From contig OZ241326.1 in the NCBI GenBank assembly GCA_965199855.1, positions 1,152,001 to 1,216,000 of the forward strand: DNA of 64,000 bases, given 5' to 3'. The translations under genes and the position numbers were made by a program. The notes under the pieces were generated by a model, which worked only from the letters and a program-made list of their open reading frames with translations, had not been told where the DNA came from and ran no database searches. The stretch comes from a bacterium (lineage in GTDB: Bacteria > UBA8248). Shown piece by piece: positions 57,843-64,000 of this stretch; positions within the stretch are counted from its first letter, which is position 1; every line of letters starts with the position of its first letter.

Positions 57843-58982
57843 TTATGGCTCGACGATCGTCCAGCCCTCGCGCCCCAGATCGCCCAGACCCTCGCAGCCC
57901 TCCTCCGTGACGGCGACGGCGTCCTCTATCTTCACGTGGCCCGCCTCCGGGCGGCGGACGTCGCACTCCACGGAAACCACCATGCCCGCCTCGAGGGCGC
58001 GCTCCTCCCCGGGGCCGAAGCGCGGCAGCTCCTGCTGCACCATGCCGATGCCGTGAACCTCGAAGACGCCCGAATCGGCGAAGCCCGTCTCCCGGAACGC
58101 CTCGATCCCCCGCTCGCGGACGGCGGCGCAGCGCGCCCCGGCGCGGATGGCGCCCCGGCAGGCGTCCACGGCGCGCAGGCACGCCCCTCTCATCTCCTCG
58201 GCCAGAGGGGAAGGCTCGCCCCGCGCGCCCATGCGGCAGATGTCCGCCACGTAGCCCGCCTCGGAGCCGCCCGCGTCGATGTGGAGGATTTCGCCCCGCT
58301 CCCAGACCTTCGCGGAGGGCTCGCGCCTCATGCCCGGCCCGGCGGCCGTGAAGGCGTAGTGGAAATGAAGCCCGCGGCGGGCCATCTCCTCCTCGACCTT
58401 GCGGGCGATCTCGCGGGTCGAGGCGCCTCCCGCCCCGGCCCGAAAGCCCGCCTGGATGGCCTCGGCGTCCGCGCGGGCGGCGCGGCGGAAGACGGCCAGC
58501 TCCTCCTCGCGCTTCACGGCGCGCAGCTCCTCGAGAATTTCGAGGGAATCGACGAAGCGCGCCCCGGGCAGCGCGGCCGCGAGCGCCTCCATGGCGTCCA
58601 CGGGCAAAAACGCGCGCTCGACGGCGATGACGCCCCGCTCCAGCCCCCGCTTCCTGATCGCGCGGGCCGCCTCCCGCGCCGCGCCGACCGTCCCCCGCGC
58701 CTTCGCGTAGATGACCTCCGGCACCCAGGCGTCCACTTCGTTGCGGGGAGGCGCCTCGACGCGCCACGCCACCTGAAAGGCGTCCTCGGCGCGCCTTCGG
58801 GGGACGCCGACGAAGGGGAGATACTGGCTCGGCCCGATGGCGGCGACGCGCTCGCGGAAGTGAAAGTAGTAGCCTCCCGTCAGATAGCGGACGTTGTGGG
58901 GGGTGTGCGCGAGCGCGAGATCGACGCCCGCCTCCTCCATGAGACGGTCGAGCTTCTCCTCATCGTAGGGGGGACGCCTCAT
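57843..58982 (-). CDS. M24 peptidase family protein (downstream paralog)
   Basis: NVRYLTGGYYFHF, IDAGG, ADICR, HGIG, VKIED. Confidence 0.87.
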   Translation of the reverse strand: MRRPPYDEEKLDRLMEEAGVDLALAHTPHNVRYLTGGYYFHFRERVAAIGPSQYLPFVGVPRRRAEDAFQVAWRVEAPPRNEVDAWVPEVIYAKARGTVGAAREAARAIRKRGLERGVIAVERAFLPVDAMEALAAALPGARFVDSLEILEELRAVKREEELAVFRRAARADAEAIQAGFRAGAGGASTREIARKVEEEMARRGLHFHYAFTAAGPGMRREPSAKVWERGEILHIDAGGSEAGYVADICRMGARGEPSPLAEEMRGACLRAVDACRGAIRAGARCAAVRERGIEAFRETGFADSGVFEVHGIGMVQQELPRFGPGEERALEAGMVVSVECDVRRPEAGHVKIEDAVAVTEEGCEGLGDLGREGWTIVEP

Positions 58983-60115
58983 TATTCCGGGGCCGCCGCC
59001 CAGCCCTCGCGCCCCAGATCGCCCAGCCCCTCGCAGCCCTCCGCCGTCACCGCCACGGCGTCCTCCACCTTGACGTAGCCGACCTCGGGATGGCGGATGT
59101 CGGTCTCGATCGAGACCACCATGCCCTCTTCGAGCCTGCGCGCCGCGCCCGGGCCGAAGCGGGGCTGCTCGTGCGAGACCATGCCGATGCCGTGGATGAT
59201 GAAGTTGCCGCGCTCCCCGTGCCCGGAGCCCTTGAGGCAGCGCCAGCCCGCCTCGTAGACGTCGCCGCAGACGGTGCCGGGGCGTATCGCGCTCCGCACG
59301 CGATCCTGGGTTTCGAGGCAGGCGCGGTAGAGCTCGTCCGCGAGGGCGGAGGGTTCGCCCCGCGAGCCCATCCGGCAGATGTCGGTCACGTAGTCCGCCT
59401 CGGCGCCGCCCGCGTCGAGGTGCAGCACCTCGCCCTTCTCCCATACCTTCTCAGAGGGGGCGCGGAGCATCCCCGGGCCCGCGGCCGCGAACGCCCACAG
59501 GAAGTGCAGCCCCCTCTCCGTCATGCCCCGCTCGACGGCGCGGGCCACCTCCCGCGTGGTCGCTCCGGGCCGCGCCGTCTCGAACGCCTCGCGGATGGCC
59601 TCGGCGTCCGCCCGCGAGATGCGGCGGTAGCGCTCGATCTCGGCGGGCGTCTTGACGGCGCGCAGCTCCTCCAGGATGGGGAGCGCCTCGGCGAGCCTCG
59701 CGTTCGGGAGCTCGCGCGCGAGCGCGTCGCGCGCCGCGGCGGGCAGGAAGTTGTTCTCGATGGCGATGACGCCGCCGCCCAGCCCCCGCGCCGCGATGGC
59801 GCGCGCGGCGTCCGCCGCCGCCTCCGCCGGATGCCTGCCCGAGGGGATGAGCTCGGGAATCCAGAGGTTCTCCTCCCGCGCCTGGCCGACCTCTCCGCTC
59901 CCGCCGACGAGGAAGGATTCTTCCGCCTTCCCGCGCGGGACGCCCGCCAGCGCCATGTAGCGGCCCTCTCCCATGGCCGTGAATCTTTCGTGAAAATGAA
60001 AATAGTAGCCGCCGCAGAGGTAGCGGACGTTCTCGCGCGCGCTGGCGAGAACGACGTCCACGCCCGCTTCCTCCATGAGGCGGTCGAGCTTCTCGCCGTC
60101 GTAGGGTGGCTTCAT
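58982..60115 (-). CDS. M24 peptidase family protein (upstream paralog)
   Basis: NVRYLCGGYYFHF, LDAGG, TDICR, HGIGMVSHE, VKVED; alternative start at 60130. Confidence 0.87.
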   Translation of the reverse strand: MKPPYDGEKLDRLMEEAGVDVVLASARENVRYLCGGYYFHFHERFTAMGEGRYMALAGVPRGKAEESFLVGGSGEVGQAREENLWIPELIPSGRHPAEAAADAARAIAARGLGGGVIAIENNFLPAAARDALARELPNARLAEALPILEELRAVKTPAEIERYRRISRADAEAIREAFETARPGATTREVARAVERGMTERGLHFLWAFAAAGPGMLRAPSEKVWEKGEVLHLDAGGAEADYVTDICRMGSRGEPSALADELYRACLETQDRVRSAIRPGTVCGDVYEAGWRCLKGSGHGERGNFIIHGIGMVSHEQPRFGPGAARRLEEGMVVSIETDIRHPEVGYVKVEDAVAVTAEGCEGLGDLGREGWAAAPE

Positions 60116-60276
60116 GGATGAATCCTCCATCTTGACTTTTCAGAGGGCGTTGTCCGCGGCGGCGCGTCGCCGTCTTCGGTTCTCGCGATCCTCGCTCAGG
60201 AAGCGCGCGGCGGCAAACCCGCGGCGAGCGCCGCCCCTCGCCGGAATTCGGAGGGGGCGACGCGCCGCATTCGCCG

Positions 60277-61296
60277 TCAAGCCGCGGCGAATTCCTTTTT
60301 CTTCGCCTCCGCGTCCACGCCGAAGAGCCGCGCCTGGTTCTCGCCCAGGATTTTCCGTTTGTCCTCCTCCGTGATGGGAGGATACCCGTAGCGCTCCTGG
60401 AGCTCCTCGTCGATCTCCATTTCCCAGAACCATTCGAGCATGGGCTGCGGGTTGCCCAGCAGGGGGGCTTCCGAGCCCCAGAGGATTCTCTCCGCGCCCA
60501 CGTCGCGCAGGAGCCTGCCCATGTATTCCTTGAACTGCCAGGGGGCGATGAGGGGCAGGTGCATCGTGCCCGAGAGGACGAGCGCGACGTTCTCGAAGCG
60601 CGCGGCGATATAGACGCACTCCTCGAAATAGGGGAGCGCCAGATGGTGGATGGCGAAAGTCAGATCCGGAAAATCCATGGCCGCCTGCTGGATGTCGAGC
60701 GGCGTCAGATCCTCCAGCCGCGCCCGGGTGATGGGAAAGCCCTTGTGGTATTGAAGCACCCGGAGCCCCAGCTCGCGCCCCTTCTCGTAGAGCGGATACG
60801 CGAGCTCGGGGTCGTCGCAGCGCCAGGAGTTGCCGTCGACGTGGGCGTTGTAGAACTTGACGGAGCGCGCGCCCATTTCAACGACCTGGCGCTCGAGCTC
60901 CTCGAGCGCGCCCTGAACGCTCGGATATTTCGGGTCCACACCGCCGCAGAAGAGAACGCGATCGGGATGCGCAGCGGCGAATTCGCGCTGCGCCCGAACG
61001 GGGGAGAAGCCCTCCTTGTAGACGTCGTAGAGGACGACGGCCTGGGCCATCGCCATGTCGGTCTGTGAATGCTCGAAGAGCAGCTCGCCCAGCTCCCGCG
61101 CCGTCCACTTCCGGGCGAAGCCGCCAAGAGGGTCTCCGCCGCCGTAGGCGTCCTCCTGGCCCCGGGGCCGCCGGCCCTTGCCGACGCGCAGATGCCAGAG
61201 GCGATCCAGATGGCTGTCCGGGCGGGCGAGGTTCTCGTCCGACAGATCATACATGTGGACCACGTTGTCGAACACGAAAACGTCGCCGTTGAGCAT
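60277..61296 (-). CDS. amidohydrolase_2 family protein
   Basis: FDNVVH, VKFY, QYHKG, DFPDLTFAIHH, ILWGSE, KILGEN. Confidence 0.87.
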   Translation of the reverse strand: MLNGDVFVFDNVVHMYDLSDENLARPDSHLDRLWHLRVGKGRRPRGQEDAYGGGDPLGGFARKWTARELGELLFEHSQTDMAMAQAVVLYDVYKEGFSPVRAQREFAAAHPDRVLFCGGVDPKYPSVQGALEELERQVVEMGARSVKFYNAHVDGNSWRCDDPELAYPLYEKGRELGLRVLQYHKGFPITRARLEDLTPLDIQQAAMDFPDLTFAIHHLALPYFEECVYIAARFENVALVLSGTMHLPLIAPWQFKEYMGRLLRDVGAERILWGSEAPLLGNPQPMLEWFWEMEIDEELQERYGYPPITEEDKRKILGENQARLFGVDAEAKKKEFAAA

Positions 61297-61502
61297 CGGC
61301 GTCTCCCCGTCGGGGTCCGGCGTCGGAAATGGCGATGCCCCCAGAATAGCGCAAATCGCGCGCCGGGGCTACGCGCCGGGGCGCGGGCGGCGGATTTCGC
61401 CGGAGCCGGTTGACCGCGCCCGCGCGAAGCGATACATTGCGGAGCCGATTGAGCGGAATGACCCCGCAGACCGTGGGACGCCCCGTTTTCGGAGAGCGAC
61501 GA

Positions 61503-62180
61503 ATGGGCCGCTTCGCAGCGATTCTGCAGTCATCCGTCGGCGCGAAAATCGTCATGGCGGCGACGGGCGTCCTGCTGGTTCTGTTCATCATCGCCCACCT
61601 CGCCGGCAATCTCCTGGTGTTCGCCGGCCCCGAGGCGACGAACGCCTACGCGCAGGGTCTCAAGGACCTGGGCGTCCTGCTGTGGCTGGCGAGGGCCGGC
61701 CTGCTGGCCGTCCTTCTCGTCCACGTCGGCTCGGCGCTTCGCCTCTGGCGGCTGAACCGCGCGGCGCGGCCCGAAGCCTACGCCGTGTCCGCGTCCAGCG
61801 CGGTCACCTACGCGGGCCGCTCCATCGTCCTCACGGGCGCCCTCGTGCTGGCCTTCGCCGTCTATCACCTGCTGCACTTCACGCTGTTCGCCGTGAATCC
61901 CGAGTTCGCGCGGCTGCTCGACGCGCAGGGCCGCCACGACGTCTACCGGATGGTGGTGCTGGGGTTCGGGAACGCGGCGGTGTCGGGCGTCTATCTCGCT
62001 TCGATGGTTCTTCTCGGCCTGCACCTGAGCCATGGCGTGACGAGCCTGTTCCAGTCCCTGGGGCTGAGCGGCTCCTCCGGTGATTCCTTCATCAAGCGGC
62101 TCGGCCCCTGGAGCGGCGTTCTCATCGCCCTGGGCTTCATGTCGATTCCGCTGGCCGTCCTCGCGGGCGTCGTGAAATAG
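61503..62180 (+). CDS. sdhC: succinate dehydrogenase/fumarate reductase cytochrome b subunit
   Basis: [20 protein letters not shown], heme His residues, 5 TM, upstream of the flavoprotein. Confidence 0.9.
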   Translation: MGRFAAILQSSVGAKIVMAATGVLLVLFIIAHLAGNLLVFAGPEATNAYAQGLKDLGVLLWLARAGLLAVLLVHVGSALRLWRLNRAARPEAYAVSASSAVTYAGRSIVLTGALVLAFAVYHLLHFTLFAVNPEFARLLDAQGRHDVYRMVVLGFGNAAVSGVYLASMVLLGLHLSHGVTSLFQSLGLSGSSGDSFIKRLGPWSGVLIALGFMSIPLAVLAGVVK

Positions 62181-62205
62181 TTCTCCTTATCGCGGGAGGA
62201 GAGGC

Positions 62206-64000
<1,795 letters not shown>

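Overview
GC-rich bacterial chromosomal window, mostly metabolic genes. It holds a membrane-anchored molybdoenzyme operon (FeS-NrfD fusion, catalytic subunit, TorD-type chaperone), a 2-oxoacid:ferredoxin oxidoreductase, a second Mo-enzyme, amidohydrolases, three M24 peptidases, moaB-coaD-aminotransferase, tyrS, panE and sdhCA. Accessory content: (i) a low-GC island (~17.2-20.4 kb) with a convergent putative type II restriction-modification pair with atypical MTase motifs, an orphan membrane protein and a type ISP remnant; (ii) two autotransporters, the larger preceded by two long perfect microsatellites, (GTCGGTGA)x34 and (GTCTGCG)x58, each starting just downstream of a -10-like hexamer; (iii) dense intergenic mosaics of at least six kinds of REP-like hairpin with no transposase in the window; (iv) a tandemly duplicated ~0.6-kb cassette of near-identical leader, divergent small secreted protein and conserved partner ORF, followed by a (CNNGG)x17 array. 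No rRNA, tRNA or CRISPR array was recognised. All calls come from reading motifs by eye; no database searches were run.
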